From an uncultured delta proteobacterium (GTDB lineage Bacteria > Myxococcota_A > Polyangia > Polyangiales > Polyangiaceae), in contig CAVOKF010000004.1 in NCBI GenBank assembly GCA_963696385.1, positions 800,001 to 864,000 on the forward strand: 64,000 bases of DNA, given 5' to 3'. The notes beneath the pieces are model-generated. The model was given only the letters and a program-made list of their open reading frames with translations, made no database searches and was not told where the DNA came from. This document shows positions 42,685 to 53,526 of the stretch, piece by piece (the stretch's first letter is position 1; each line of letters opens with the position of its first letter). Made by a program: the position numbers and the translations under genes.

Positions 42685-43530
42685 CTACGGCCAGAAATCT
42701 TGGGTCGCCCACCACGATCCGTTCGAGGTTTGGTAAAAGCCACAAGCCACTTTCGTGTACTGAGCACTGGACATATTGAGCCAATGGTTGTCCTGTCCGG
42801 CCACAGGAGGTCCCTCGGCCCACATTTGGGCAAGGCACTTCGTGACGATGGAGGTGAGGCTTCCACCCCAGTCCGGGCACTCGTCCTGCGCTCGTTCGGA
42901 ACACTGCCCAAATGCCGAGTGGGCTGTATTGGACGCCTCGTCCGCCGCCGCCTGCCGGTCGACGCAACTTTCCTCGCCGGTGTCTTCGGCGAGAGGAGGG
43001 GATGGCGGATCGAGAGTGGCGCGGTCCTGATTGATGATTGCGACGCAGAGAGCTCTCGCCGACGCGAGCGCGTCCGCCCCGGCGGCTCCGTCCGATTCGA
43101 CGCCCGTCTCGGAAGAGCCGTCCAAGATCGGGGGCATTTCGGCGCCAAGAGTGACATCGCGCTCGCCGGCGTCCGACCCTCCGGCGCCCGCTTCCAGGAT
43201 AGGCGCGCTGGAGGCTGCGCTCGAGGATGCAGCGCGCGACGCTGCGCTGGAGGAGGCGGCGCTCGAAGCGGAGGACGGATCGCTCGAGGATGCAGCGCGC
43301 GACGCGGCGCTGGAGGAGGCGGCGCTGGACGCTGAGGACGGTTCGGTCGGGGGCAAAGCGCGCGACACGGCCTCCGACGATGGTCCGCTGGACGACGCCA
43401 TTTCCGTCCCGCGGTGGGTCATGGGGTCGGGCTGCGTAGTCGAGCCGCAAGCCACGGCGCTTGCGGTCGCCATCGTGGCGATCAGCGCTGCCCACGCAGA
43501 CCTCAAGCAACGCTTCGAAATCTGCTTCAT
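42685..43530 (-). CDS. CAP/SCP-like domain lipoprotein
   Basis: Lipobox AVAC; Ser/Ala linker; INQDRA, MWAEG, HWLNM, VACG. Confidence 0.7.
   Translation of the reverse strand: MKQISKRCLRSAWAALIATMATASAVACGSTTQPDPMTHRGTEMASSSGPSSEAVSRALPPTEPSSASSAASSSAASRAASSSDPSSASSAASSSAASRAASSSAASSAPILEAGAGGSDAGERDVTLGAEMPPILDGSSETGVESDGAAGADALASARALCVAIINQDRATLDPPSPPLAEDTGEESCVDRQAAADEASNTAHSAFGQCSERAQDECPDWGGSLTSIVTKCLAQMWAEGPPVAGQDNHWLNMSSAQYTKVACGFYQTSNGSWWATQDFWP
43218..43343. repeat. 63-bp intragenic tandem duplication in the Ser/Ala linker
   Basis: CGCTCGAGGATGCAGCGCGCGAC... starts at 43218 and 43281. Confidence 0.8.
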
Positions 43531-43666
43531 TCGTCCGAGAAGATTCGGCACGATCGCAACAAGCGTGAAGTGCGGGGCACAAGGCCGGTGCGTCGGTGAC
43601 GTCACGACTCGCTTGTCGTCATCGGAAGTACGCCACAGCTGACCTCAAACGCGCCAGAGCAGCGCA

Positions 43667-43800
43667 TTGGCCGACGCTGTTGTCGCCGCAGCCGTGATCG
43701 GCGGATTCCTCTTCTCGGGCGCCGTGGGGATATTTTTCGGTTACGACCCGGCCGGTAAGGCATCGCACCTCAATCCGATCGAGGCGCTACGCTACGAGGG
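43667..43800 (+). pseudogene. C-terminal remnant of a MacB/FtsX-like ABC permease
   Basis: FLFSGAVGIFFGYDPAGKASHLNPIEALRYE matches the MacB C-terminal signature; the rest of the gene is absent. Confidence 0.7.
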
Positions 43801-43874
43801 ATCGGGGTGGGACGCGGTGCGCGCTTTCGCGAGTCTTGCGCCCGTGAGGGCGTTCATGTCACGTTGGGCGATCC

Positions 43875-44894
43875 ATGCGATTCCACATCTTCAGCTCTCT
43901 CGCCGTGCCGGTCGGCCTCATGGTGGTCGCGTGCAAGTCGTCCTCACCCGCCGTTGCGGCCGACGCGAGCGGCGGCGCCGCCGCGACGCCCAACGAAGGC
44001 CCCGCAGTTGGGGGCCTTGCGTTCCTCGAGGGTTTCGAAGGTCAGATCGACGCGCAATTCGTGAAGGGCAGGCCCGGCGAGATTCCGACGGCGGTCGCCG
44101 CGCTGCTCAAGAGCGGCAAGTTCCGCTTCGACATTCCCGAGAAGCTCGCCGATAGCGCGCAAGGGCAGCGCTTTTTCGGGCCGAAGGCGTACGCCGTCTT
44201 CGACTCGTCGGCGAAGAAGCTCTCGGTCGTGTCCGACGCGAAAAGGCAGGTCGTCGTCATCGACATGAACAAGAGCGGCGAGCGCTTCAACGACGTGAGC
44301 CGCCGGCGGCCGCCATCGCCGGGGAGCAAGCCGGAGGAGAGGGAAAAGAAGATCGACAAGACGGGCAGGTTCGAGACTGTAGCGGGACGCAAGTGCGAGG
44401 ACTGGGACGTGTCGAGCGATCACCGCGAGGCGACGGTTTGCGTCGCGCACGATGGGATCTCTTGGTTCTCGCTGCCCGCCGCGGCACTTCCGACCGAGCA
44501 CGCATGGGCGCTCGAGCTCCTGGACGGCAAACATTTCCCGATGAAGTTCGTCGGCTACGACAAAGACGGAATGACCGAGGACTCGCGCTTCGAGATCACC
44601 AAGATGGAAAAGAAGAGCGTGCCGGATTCAGCCTTCGAGGTTCCCGCCGACTTCCAGGTGATGGATCTCGATCAGCTCATGCAAAGCTTCGCCGGAATGC
44701 GCAGGGGAATGGCCGGGGCCATGGGCGCGGGCCTGGGGGACAGTGCGGGCGCAACGGCTGCGACGCCCGGCGCAGGCGCGACGGCGCCCCCTATGCCGCC
44801 GGGCATGCCTTCGAACATCCCCGGGCTGACGCCCGACCAGATGCAGCAGATCCAGCAGCGGATGCAGCAGATGCAGCAGCGCCGGCCGCATTAG
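43875..44894 (+). CDS. DUF4412-like lipoprotein
   Basis: Lipobox VVAC; KTGRFETVAGRKCE, FPMK, FEVPADF; Met/Gln-rich tail. Confidence 0.7.
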   Translation: MRFHIFSSLAVPVGLMVVACKSSSPAVAADASGGAAATPNEGPAVGGLAFLEGFEGQIDAQFVKGRPGEIPTAVAALLKSGKFRFDIPEKLADSAQGQRFFGPKAYAVFDSSAKKLSVVSDAKRQVVVIDMNKSGERFNDVSRRRPPSPGSKPEEREKKIDKTGRFETVAGRKCEDWDVSSDHREATVCVAHDGISWFSLPAAALPTEHAWALELLDGKHFPMKFVGYDKDGMTEDSRFEITKMEKKSVPDSAFEVPADFQVMDLDQLMQSFAGMRRGMAGAMGAGLGDSAGATAATPGAGATAPPMPPGMPSNIPGLTPDQMQQIQQRMQQMQQRRPH

Positions 44895-44900
44895 GATTCG

Positions 44901-46133
44901 TTAGTAGGTCTGGACTCGGGATCCGGTCGTGAAGCTCCAGCTGACCGCGGCGGTTTGGCCGGAGATCGTGGCATCGAGGGTCACGGTGAACGCATGGTTC
45001 GGGGCCAGGCTCGCCTCCGGAACCAGGGCAATCTCGTTGTGCACGTATCCCGGCGCCGGGTCGTGTCCCGAGACATTGTCGGCATAAAACGTGAGAAGCG
45101 GCACGGCGGCGCCGATGTCGGTGTCCGTCAGCGTAGCCGACGACACGGCCGTAATGGCCGCGCCGCCGACGGTGCCCCATCCGTACCAGTTTGCCGTGAC
45201 GATGAAGCCAGCGTCCGGGCAGCTCGCCGCGCTCAGGGGATCGCTCGGCGCGGTCGGGCACGGATCCTCGTTGCCCACGAAATTCTCGGGGACGTCGGTC
45301 GTTCCGTTGGGCGGAAAGAGCACCGGCGATAAAACGCGCACACTGGTGGTGTTGCCCGTGGCGCCGTAGTCGAGACAGCTGTATCCCTGCGCCGACGCCG
45401 CGCCGACCTTCGTCAGACCGGGATCGAGCAGGGGAGTACGGTGATACAGGCTATTGATCCAATCGTCGACGGCTTGGCCGAGGCTTTGCCCGACGACTTG
45501 TCGATTCGACTCACTCTCTCCCCATGCAAGGTCCGATTCGACTCCCGCCTGCGCACCCCCGTCGGTCGCGCACGCCGGATACCCTGTTTCGGTGTGCTCC
45601 AAATAGCCGTTTCCGCCTCCGGCCGCGGCTGCACAAATCAAATATTGAAGATGCGTGGCGCAGCCCACGGAAGAGGCGGAATCAAGCGCGACGGGGCTCA
45701 GGCCAGCGAGCGCTCGGTACGCGTTGAGCTGAGCGAGACCGCCGTCAAGGGTCGCGTCGGCGGCGAACGCGGGGTAGACGAGCAGCCCCGGACCGGCCCC
45801 GTCGGCGCGGCTCGCCGCGTCGGCCTCACTCTCGAGCGCGTCGGCACCGTCGAGCGACGCCGCGACCGACGTCGCAGCGTCCCCTCCGCGGACGGTGCCG
45901 CCGTCTTCGACCGTTGCGTCCATCGATAGGGTATCGTTCGACGCGTCGACGCCGCGCAGATCCCCGGCATCGCCCGAGGCCGAAGCGCCCCCGCTCGAGC
46001 TGGAAGTCCCGCCGCTGCCTTGTTCGCCCGACGAGCTGCCGCTCGGCCTATCGGATGCGCCACCCGGAGGGCCCGAGCACGCCGCGACCGCCAGGATCGA
46101 GCCCAGCGCCAGCGGGCGCGCAGCACGGGGCAT
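44901..46133 (-). CDS. CAP domain lipoprotein with C-terminal Ig-like domain
   Basis: Lipobox VAAC; LNAYRALAGL, WINSLYHR.PLLDP; ends WSFTTG. Confidence 0.8.
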   Translation of the reverse strand: MPRAARPLALGSILAVAACSGPPGGASDRPSGSSSGEQGSGGTSSSSGGASASGDAGDLRGVDASNDTLSMDATVEDGGTVRGGDAATSVAASLDGADALESEADAASRADGAGPGLLVYPAFAADATLDGGLAQLNAYRALAGLSPVALDSASSVGCATHLQYLICAAAAGGGNGYLEHTETGYPACATDGGAQAGVESDLAWGESESNRQVVGQSLGQAVDDWINSLYHRTPLLDPGLTKVGAASAQGYSCLDYGATGNTTSVRVLSPVLFPPNGTTDVPENFVGNEDPCPTAPSDPLSAASCPDAGFIVTANWYGWGTVGGAAITAVSSATLTDTDIGAAVPLLTFYADNVSGHDPAPGYVHNEIALVPEASLAPNHAFTVTLDATISGQTAAVSWSFTTGSRVQTY

Positions 46134-46485
46134 GAAACGCCTAACCGTAGAGAGGCAAGAGAGGCAGAAAAAACGACCGCCAGGCCGTGAGCACACCGAA
46201 GAAAAAGCCAAATTGCCTCTCACTGAAGATCTACACCCAGCTGCGTCCCGGGGCCTCATGAGGGAGGGGTAGTGCCCCTTCCTCGTTGGCAGCAGGCAGC
46301 GAGAGGTTCTCAGGCGTGCCGTGGCGATCCCCGTCGCCCCGCCGCGAGCCCCGGCATGCACACATCCCACTTCGCGGCGGACGGCACGACATGGGCGGGA
46401 AGGCCCGAGCGTCGTTCTGTGCCTTTTGGACGATCGTCTCTTCTCTTTAGGAGACGCGCGAGCGACCGCGCGGCGCTCCTTCGAA

Positions 46486-46878
46486 TCAATCGGTCGCGCC
46501 CGCGTCGCCTGTCTCGGAGCCCGCGGTCCATATCCCAGCCATGGTCGCGCACTGCTGCTCTCCGGTCGCGGCGCTGGTGTCGTAAAAGCATTGGTTGAAG
46601 TCGACGGAACCCGAAGTGGTCGCGCAGCAACCGACCGCGCCTTCCGGACACGCCGCAGCCGCGACGACGGTCCCCTGCTGGCTGGTGCAAAGCGAGGTCT
46701 GGTTCGCCACCTCCTTCGCAGTCAGGTTCGTTGAGGCCTGGCAGAAACTTGCGTCCCCCGGTTGCGGGATGGTGCAGACGACACCCCCGTCGGCGCTGGC
46801 CTTGTGGGCCGCCCCTGGGGAAATCAAGCAACCCGCTGCGAGCGTGGCAACAGGAAACGCGACGATCCAAAATTTCAT
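46486..46878 (-). CDS. Small Cys-rich lipoprotein
   Basis: Lipobox AAGC; multiple Cys; AAGGAG RBS. Confidence 0.7.
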   Translation of the reverse strand: MKFWIVAFPVATLAAGCLISPGAAHKASADGGVVCTIPQPGDASFCQASTNLTAKEVANQTSLCTSQQGTVVAAAACPEGAVGCCATTSGSVDFNQCFYDTSAATGEQQCATMAGIWTAGSETGDAGATD

Positions 46879-47334
46879 CCAGACTCCTTTGAGGTAAAGC
46901 CCTCCTTTCTACACTCCGCGCTTGGGGCCGCCTAGCCCTGCGGTTCCGGCGCCTTTGCCGAGTGGTGCATCCCACAAGAACCATTGCGCTTATGGACTCG
47001 CGCGACTTGCAAAACGGGACCGTGAGAGCTCCCGCCCGGGCGCCCAGGCAGGCTCGCATTCCGAAGCGGCCCCCCGCCCGTCCTGAGGCATGGGCCGGAA
47101 CCCGGGCTGCAGAAAGCTGAGGCCCCGCGGCCGGCAAGTCAACGCGCTCAAGGGCGCGCTCACGCCAGCAAGCGCGCGAGAACGGACCGGTAAGACGCGG
47201 CAAGAGTTCCTGCGCGCACGTGGTGCGTCCGGGTGTTCGGACGCGGATGCCAACGCGGGTTCGCGTCCGCCGGGTCGCCGACGCCGTAACGGCAGGAGGC
47301 GAGCCACCAAACCAGCCCCGCGCGGCCGGCGCGG

Positions 47335-48756
47335 TTACTTTCCGTACCCCGCAGCCACGATGTTGGCTTGGACGGCGTTAAGGGTCGCTACGGTCGCAGC
47401 CCCGGTGGTCATGACCCCTTCCCAGAACTCTCCCGCCGCACCATTGCTGTTGTCGCCTCCGATTCCGAGGATGATGGCGCCCTGCTTCTTCATAGGGGCA
47501 TAGCCGTTGGGACGTGCTCCGTCATACATCGTCGCCAGAGTACCCGTCGTCGCATCGCCGCCATAGAGGGCAAAACTTCCCGGGGCCGCCCCCAATCGGC
47601 CGACCACCACAGCCGTAGCGAAATTGTAGGGGAGAGACATGTTGGTCGCAACCCCCTTGGCCTCTTTGGCTCCGTTTGCGTCCACGCCGGCACATAGGCC
47701 GTTTTCGATATCGACCTCGACCCAGGGGCCGGGGCCGACACCGGTGGCCTGACCGCTGCCCCCTCCAAAATAGACCGCCTCCATGGTGGCATCGCCGTCG
47801 TCACGGTTGTTCGTTTCGGCGTTGCCGTAGTCGTAGCAGCACCCGTTGACCAAATCGTTCTGGCTCGACACCATATATTCGGTCTCTGCTTCGTCGCCGG
47901 TTGCGGTGCCGGTTGCGGTGTCGTTCCGGTAGCCCATGCCCACGCGAATGCGGACGCCGTAGACTTCGTGGCCGCTCGCCGTAGTGGGAAGATCGGTCGC
48001 ATTCGCCGGCTTGTCCGCCCCGCTGCCGTGCTGGCCGGCGGGTCCGGGAGTGAGATGATTGCCCTGCGAGGACTGGTCGTAAATGGTGGTGATGGTGCAT
48101 GTCGTGCCCGCGCAAAACGTGTCTTGCGCTGCGCCGTTGGCGAAGCCCCCGGCGGCCAGAACCCCGATGTCCTTGGTCGTGTTGTCCGACGCGCGCGTGA
48201 CTTGGTAAAGATTCCCGTTGTACGCGCTGTAGAGGGCCCGCACCGTGCTGTGCGCGGCGACGCACGGGGTGCTTGCCGCGGCGAAGATGTCACAAACCCC
48301 ACCCCCGGTCGCCGGCGGTGCCCCGCCGCTGTCAGGGCCGGCGCCCTCCTTGCCGCCCTCACCCGTCGCGTTGCCCGCGCCGCTGTCGCTGCCTTGGGAC
48401 GGAATCGGTCCGCTGTCGATGTCGCCAGCTGGGCCGCTGCTGCTGCTGGAGGAGCTCGTAGGAGCGGCGCTGGTGCCAGCGGAGCTGGTCGGGGCGGTGC
48501 TGGTGCCAGCGGAGCTCGTCGGGGCGCTGCTGCCTGCGGTGCTCGTCGCGCTGGGGGCGGGGTTGCTCGAGCTAGCCCCCGTTGCCCCCTGCGTCGTCGA
48601 GGATGCACCGCCGCCGCTATCGTCCGTGTTGATGCCGCCGGTGGAAGGGCCCTCGTCGGAACCCGAGTGCGACGAGCCGCACGCGATCAGCAGTGCCGCG
48701 AGAGAAAAGGAGGAGCGCCGAAGAAGGCGCGTGTTGAGGTGGGATCGAGAAGCCAT
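47335..48756 (-). CDS. Alpha-L-arabinofuranosidase B (GH54) lipoprotein without CBM42
   Basis: CDI..ASTPCVAAHSTVRALY, YDQS, GCCYDYGNAE, MEAVYFG, GIGGDNS, EGVMT. Confidence 0.92.
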   Translation of the reverse strand: MASRSHLNTRLLRRSSFSLAALLIACGSSHSGSDEGPSTGGINTDDSGGGASSTTQGATGASSSNPAPSATSTAGSSAPTSSAGTSTAPTSSAGTSAAPTSSSSSSSGPAGDIDSGPIPSQGSDSGAGNATGEGGKEGAGPDSGGAPPATGGGVCDIFAAASTPCVAAHSTVRALYSAYNGNLYQVTRASDNTTKDIGVLAAGGFANGAAQDTFCAGTTCTITTIYDQSSQGNHLTPGPAGQHGSGADKPANATDLPTTASGHEVYGVRIRVGMGYRNDTATGTATGDEAETEYMVSSQNDLVNGCCYDYGNAETNNRDDGDATMEAVYFGGGSGQATGVGPGPWVEVDIENGLCAGVDANGAKEAKGVATNMSLPYNFATAVVVGRLGAAPGSFALYGGDATTGTLATMYDGARPNGYAPMKKQGAIILGIGGDNSNGAAGEFWEGVMTTGAATVATLNAVQANIVAAGYGK

Positions 48757-49091
48757 CGTTGCCGCCAGCCGGATTCAAGGGGTTATGGGTCAAGAACAAA
48801 TCGTATTCACACGGATTCACGCCTTCAGTATCCGGGTGGGCGAAAGCGGCTCACAAACGCCGTGGTCGTCGCTTCGGCCGGGTAGCCGATCGAGGCCGCC
48901 ACGACATCTCGTTGCCCGCAACGCGATGAAAGCCCGTTAAATTTCCGTTCATCGCCCTCATGGGACGTGGGTCCCGGGTCTTGCGTTACCGGCCCCGTGC
49001 GGCCTCTTCAGGCGACTCCACACGCCGTCCGCGAGCCGTGGCGATTCGCGCCCCGCCGACGCGCTTCAGCTGTTTCGTTCCGGACTTTCAT

Positions 49092-49625
49092 TTAGGGCGT
49101 GCCCGGCGGGTTCGGCGGGTGATGGAGCAAATGGTGATCCACGTCGGCGCTCAGCGGATTGTCCGGATACTTCTCGAGCATGTCCCGGGCTTCTTCCTCG
49201 GCTTCTTGGTAGCGGTCCATGTTGGCCAGCGCCTTGACGACGTTCCATTCGAACTCGGGCGCGTGGGGGCTATCGGGAAAGCGAGCGCGCGCTTCTCTCG
49301 CCAATTTCAGCGACTGAGGAGGATCCGACGCCGCCAGGTCGTGCAGCTTGGCGATGAGCGACGCCTCGTCGAGGCGTTCCGAAGCCGCCGGCTCCGCAGG
49401 TCGCGGCCTGGGTGCCGCCGTGGGCACCGGCGCGGGCAACGCCGGCAGAGGCTCTCGAACGGCCTCCGGTGGTACGGCGGGGGGTTCGGGGATCGACGTT
49501 TGCGCCTGGGGCGGCGCAGGCCCGGTCGCCTTCGCGCGCTTGTCGTCGCGCGAGAACATGCCAAAGACGATCGCGATCGCTATCGTCGCTGCGGCTAGGA
49601 CAAGGAGGATTGCGGGCTTGGACAC
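49092..49625 (-). CDS. Membrane-anchored TPR-like hypothetical protein
   Basis: N-terminal TM, Pro-rich linker, helical RFPDSP...KYPDNP repeats; GTG start inferred. Confidence 0.6.
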   Translation of the reverse strand: MSKPAILLVLAAATIAIAIVFGMFSRDDKRAKATGPAPPQAQTSIPEPPAVPPEAVREPLPALPAPVPTAAPRPRPAEPAASERLDEASLIAKLHDLAASDPPQSLKLAREARARFPDSPHAPEFEWNVVKALANMDRYQEAEEEARDMLEKYPDNPLSADVDHHLLHHPPNPPGTP

Positions 49626-49687
49626 GGCCTCTTCGACGGCGGACTGTAGCGTCGCCCAAGCGGAACCGACCGCTTCAAGCGAGTCGT

Positions 49688-51076
49688 CTACTTGAGATCG
49701 GGCACCAAATCGCGCGTGATGGTGTGCGAGTCGGTCATGCCGGCCTTGACGGTAGACGCCGCCATGGTCTCGTATCCCGCCCAGACATTCCACAACACGA
49801 AGGGCGATGCGGGAAACCAGGCCGCAGGGCTCACGGCGTTGGACTCGTGAAGGGCAATGGGCATGGTGCTTCCCACGACCGTTTTGACGTCGTCGAAGGC
49901 GGTGGCATCGTCCGAGTAATCCGGACCCGAGAGATCGACCATCGCCTTGCCCGGGAAATACGGCGCGATCGGAGCGGTGACGCCCGTGAGGCCGCTATAG
50001 GGCATGAGCCAGACGATGTTCGTGAGTCCCTTGGTGGTCGTCAGATACGTGAACGCATACTTCCAAAGGGCTGCGTACTGAGCTCCGGTTCCCTTGCTCC
50101 ACCAGAACCAGCCATTGGGCTGCGCCTCGTGGAAGAGCGCCAAGATGACCGGCACGTTGGCGGTCTGCATCGCCCCGATTTGAACCGCCATATAATCGAG
50201 CTTGGAATTGAGGGAGGTGTTCTCGGCCGTGCCCGCGGTGACGGCGTTATCGAGAGTGGTGGCGCCGGGAGTCGACTCGGCGCAATCGGTCCCCGTGTAG
50301 CAGTCCTGCTGGCAGGTCAGCCCTGCCGCCGGCATCCCCATATGGTAACGAACCATGGTCAGCCCACCCGCGTTCCAATAGGCAATGGCACGGGTCGTGG
50401 TGGAGCTGACGGCCGTGCAGGTGGCGCCGGTGTCGTGGTACAGGAAATCGCCCCCGAGGATGGCCGGATACTTCAAACCGTTGGTGGCATACCACGTGAT
50501 GTCGCCCGCCGGATTGTCCCAACTGGTTTCCTGCTGTCCGGACAAGACGTGGTTGCCGTACAGGCTATAGATGTAACAGAGAAGCTTCTGCGCCTGAGTC
50601 GAGGCGTTGGGTGTGACCGGCGTCGCGCTGCAAGGTGAGGTGGTCCCCCCTTCCGGACCGCCGCCCGCCACGGACGCGCTCGAGCTCGAGCTTGAGCCCG
50701 CGTCGTCCTGGCCGCCGCCCGGCATCACCAGGGTCGCGCTGGACGAGCTCGACCCCCCGGTCATCGGGGTCGTTGCCGCGGAACTCGAACTGGACGAGCT
50801 CGTGCCGGTCACGGGCGGCGACCCGGACCCGCTAGAACTGGATGACGTGGGAGCGCCCGAACCGGGACCACTTGAGCCGCTCGACCCCACGTCGGTCGCT
50901 CCGATGTTGCTCGAGCTGGAGCTCGATTCGTACGCGGGCGTCCCGGTGGACCCGGAGGAGCTCGGCCCGCTGGAACCTGCGGTGTCCCCCGAGGGGCCCC
51001 CATCCGACGAGCTTCCGCAGCCCGCAAAAGAACCAGCGACCCCACATAAAATTGCAATGGCCGTTCGAAGATGCAT
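49688..51076 (-). CDS. GH26 beta-mannanase-like lipoprotein
   Basis: Lipobox FAGC; LSGQQE, FHE (acid/base), WFWW, LTNIVW, YFPG, IALHE (nucleophile). Confidence 0.85.
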   Translation of the reverse strand: MHLRTAIAILCGVAGSFAGCGSSSDGGPSGDTAGSSGPSSSGSTGTPAYESSSSSSNIGATDVGSSGSSGPGSGAPTSSSSSGSGSPPVTGTSSSSSSSAATTPMTGGSSSSSATLVMPGGGQDDAGSSSSSSASVAGGGPEGGTTSPCSATPVTPNASTQAQKLLCYIYSLYGNHVLSGQQETSWDNPAGDITWYATNGLKYPAILGGDFLYHDTGATCTAVSSTTTRAIAYWNAGGLTMVRYHMGMPAAGLTCQQDCYTGTDCAESTPGATTLDNAVTAGTAENTSLNSKLDYMAVQIGAMQTANVPVILALFHEAQPNGWFWWSKGTGAQYAALWKYAFTYLTTTKGLTNIVWLMPYSGLTGVTAPIAPYFPGKAMVDLSGPDYSDDATAFDDVKTVVGSTMPIALHESNAVSPAAWFPASPFVLWNVWAGYETMAASTVKAGMTDSHTITRDLVPDLK

Positions 51077-51331
51077 AGCGTTACCTGTGCGGACGCCGAT
51101 GCCGCACCGAACGGCTCACGCCCGTCGCAATTGCATTGTCACATAAATTGTGCGCCTGCGTTGGAGCGCTAGGGTCCAATTCGTGGCCGCCTCCGGGACC
51201 TTGCCGATCCCCTTTCCAGCGTGGCAGCCGAGAAAAACGGAACACGCGTTCACGCTCGGCGCTGCCACGGGCTCAGCGTGCGCGATCCGGGCTCCCCCAT
51301 TCTTCGAAACATGGGTCCCTCGCCAGAAGGC

Positions 51332-53107
51332 CTAATTCACGCAAATGCCGTTCACGCAGTTCGGGGGACCGTCTTGGCAGTCGTTGCTGTTTCCGCAGAG
51401 CTGCACCTGCGTCGTGTAGTCGCATCCGACCAGGCAGGACGGGGTAATGGTGCCGCCGGCATCCGGATTGTTTTCGCAGCAGACACTGGGATCGCCGCAC
51501 ATGGTCGCGCCGCACTGAATCGACTTCGAGGCCCCGCCGCCGTTTCCGGCGTCGCCCGAAGCGCCGGCGTCGGTCGAAGCGACTCCGGTCGAAGCGCCGC
51601 CGTCGATGGCCGGGATAGGGATGGGGGCAAGTGCCTCGACAGCGCCAGGCCTCAAATATTTGGCCAGCGGGAGACCCTGGCTCTGGATGCTGCCGGCCAC
51701 CAAGGCCGCGATCTTTTGCGCGCCCACGAGGTTGGTGTGCGTGGCGTCGCTGTCATTCGCGTGGAATTTGAGGCAAGCCGCCTGCAATCCGAGCGTGTTG
51801 TACCAGTCGACCGTCATGTCCGTGAGCGGGATGTACCCGACGTTGTGCGCCGCGGCGGCCGCCTTCGCCGCCACTTCGTGAAGGCTCGACTGGTCGCCGT
51901 CCGTTGTCCCGTTGCCAAACTGCACCCGCGCAGGGGGTGAAACGATGATGGGCGTGACGTTCGCCGCCAGAGCGTCGGTGATGTACTTCTCGAGGTTCGC
52001 CTGGACGGTCGCGTCCGGAACGCCCTTGTCGTTGTGGCCGAATTGGATGATCGCGTAGTCGCCGGCCGTCCAACGCGACTTGATGTCGCCCCAGTACGCC
52101 CCGTAGAAGGAAGACGAGCTCGCGCCGCTGTTGCCCCAGTTGGAAATTCCGATCGGCGGAAGGAAGAACTCGGGCAGCATTTGACCCCAGCCACCGAACG
52201 CGCCGCCGGTTTGGTCGCATTCCGTCGAATCGCTGGCCAAGTAGACCATGATCGGCTTGGTCGCCGCGGTGGCGAGCTGGTATCCGATCGCGGACACTTG
52301 CGGGGGAGTGGCCGCCGGCCCATAAAAGAAGAGATCGAGCCCGGGATATCCGCCGGGCCCACCCGCGTGGTCCGGCTGGCCCTCCATCGCCCGGGCGTTG
52401 ACGACGAAGGAAAATTCGAGGGTCTGTCCAGCCGTCGTGGTCACGGGGGCCAAAAGGCCGCGCTCCGACTCCGCGCTGATGTACGTCGAGCCTGCCGCGG
52501 CGCCGCCCACATCCACGGTCACGAGATAATTCCCGGCCTCCGACGTCCCGTCCGCGGTCGGCGTCTCGGTGGTGTTATAAGTGGATCCGCCGAACAGGCA
52601 TTCGATGCACACGCCGGTGGTGTCCTGCCCGGCGCACGCATTGATCGCGCCGCTGGTTGGCATCTGCGAGCCGGCGCCTACGGCGACCTTCTGGCACATC
52701 GCGTAGTTGGCCGCGGTCGGCATAGGAAAGCCGGCCGCTATGCCCGTGCCCGAGCCCAAGGCCGTACCGGCTTCCGAGCCCCCACTCGAACCCGGCGCCG
52801 AGTCGGACACGCTTGCGTCAGCTGCGCCCGTCGACACGGACGACCCGGACGAACCTGAACCCGTGCTGGACCCCGCTGTTGAGCCGGAAGACGTTCCCGA
52901 ATTCGACGTCGTTCCCGTATTGGTGGGGACGGTCGTCGTGCCCGAAGAGCCTGGCATTGCCGCGTCGTCGGCGGGTGTGGTGTCTCCGCTCGGGGCTCCC
53001 GAATTGGGCGGGGCTGAGCCACCGCTTCCGGAACAGGCCGTCGGGCCAATCGGGCCAAGAAGAGTCAATAAGGGGATCCATGAAAAACGTTGCTGTCCGA
53101 TGGCCAT
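51332..53107 (-). CDS. Rhamnogalacturonan acetylesterase-like (CE12/SGNH) lipoprotein with Cys-rich tail
   Basis: Lipobox PTAC; YLASDST, GWGQ, SGASS, QFGHND, DATH. Confidence 0.8.
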   Translation of the reverse strand: MAIGQQRFSWIPLLTLLGPIGPTACSGSGGSAPPNSGAPSGDTTPADDAAMPGSSGTTTVPTNTGTTSNSGTSSGSTAGSSTGSGSSGSSVSTGAADASVSDSAPGSSGGSEAGTALGSGTGIAAGFPMPTAANYAMCQKVAVGAGSQMPTSGAINACAGQDTTGVCIECLFGGSTYNTTETPTADGTSEAGNYLVTVDVGGAAAGSTYISAESERGLLAPVTTTAGQTLEFSFVVNARAMEGQPDHAGGPGGYPGLDLFFYGPAATPPQVSAIGYQLATAATKPIMVYLASDSTECDQTGGAFGGWGQMLPEFFLPPIGISNWGNSGASSSSFYGAYWGDIKSRWTAGDYAIIQFGHNDKGVPDATVQANLEKYITDALAANVTPIIVSPPARVQFGNGTTDGDQSSLHEVAAKAAAAAHNVGYIPLTDMTVDWYNTLGLQAACLKFHANDSDATHTNLVGAQKIAALVAGSIQSQGLPLAKYLRPGAVEALAPIPIPAIDGGASTGVASTDAGASGDAGNGGGASKSIQCGATMCGDPSVCCENNPDAGGTITPSCLVGCDYTTQVQLCGNSNDCQDGPPNCVNGICVN

Positions 53108-53526
53108 AGTGGGTCCTCGCCTTGCCAAGCGCGCGAGCGCGCCGCCGACTGACTCTGCGGTTTATCACACGAGTCGCCGAGACGCTCGGGTCATCCAGCG
53201 GCTTTGTCAGATTTCGTTCGTTTTATGAACGGGCTGTAGTCCGACGTCCACACTGAATCGTCGACCGCGCCGACCCCCGCCTTCGAACGGCTTTGGCGCG
53301 GCGGACGGTGCTGTCGAACGCGAATGCCGGCGGCCCGAGGGATTCGACACCAAGAATCGACAACACGATATTGAGGCAAATCAATCCAAAGGATCCCACG
53401 AATGAGGCATTGACGTCGATCGATGGGACGGCGCTCGCCGCGCCGACGGACGCCCTAACGACGTCGCACGTGAACTTGCCGGTCGGGGTGGGTAAGGTCG
53501 AGGTCGGGGCTCCTCCGTCGGCCGGT

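Noticed and set aside
51220..51270. Inverted repeat CGTGGCAGCCGAG...CTCGGCGCTGCCACG
   Set aside because: Single copy with a large loop and no U-tract after the stem; cannot be called a terminator or REP.
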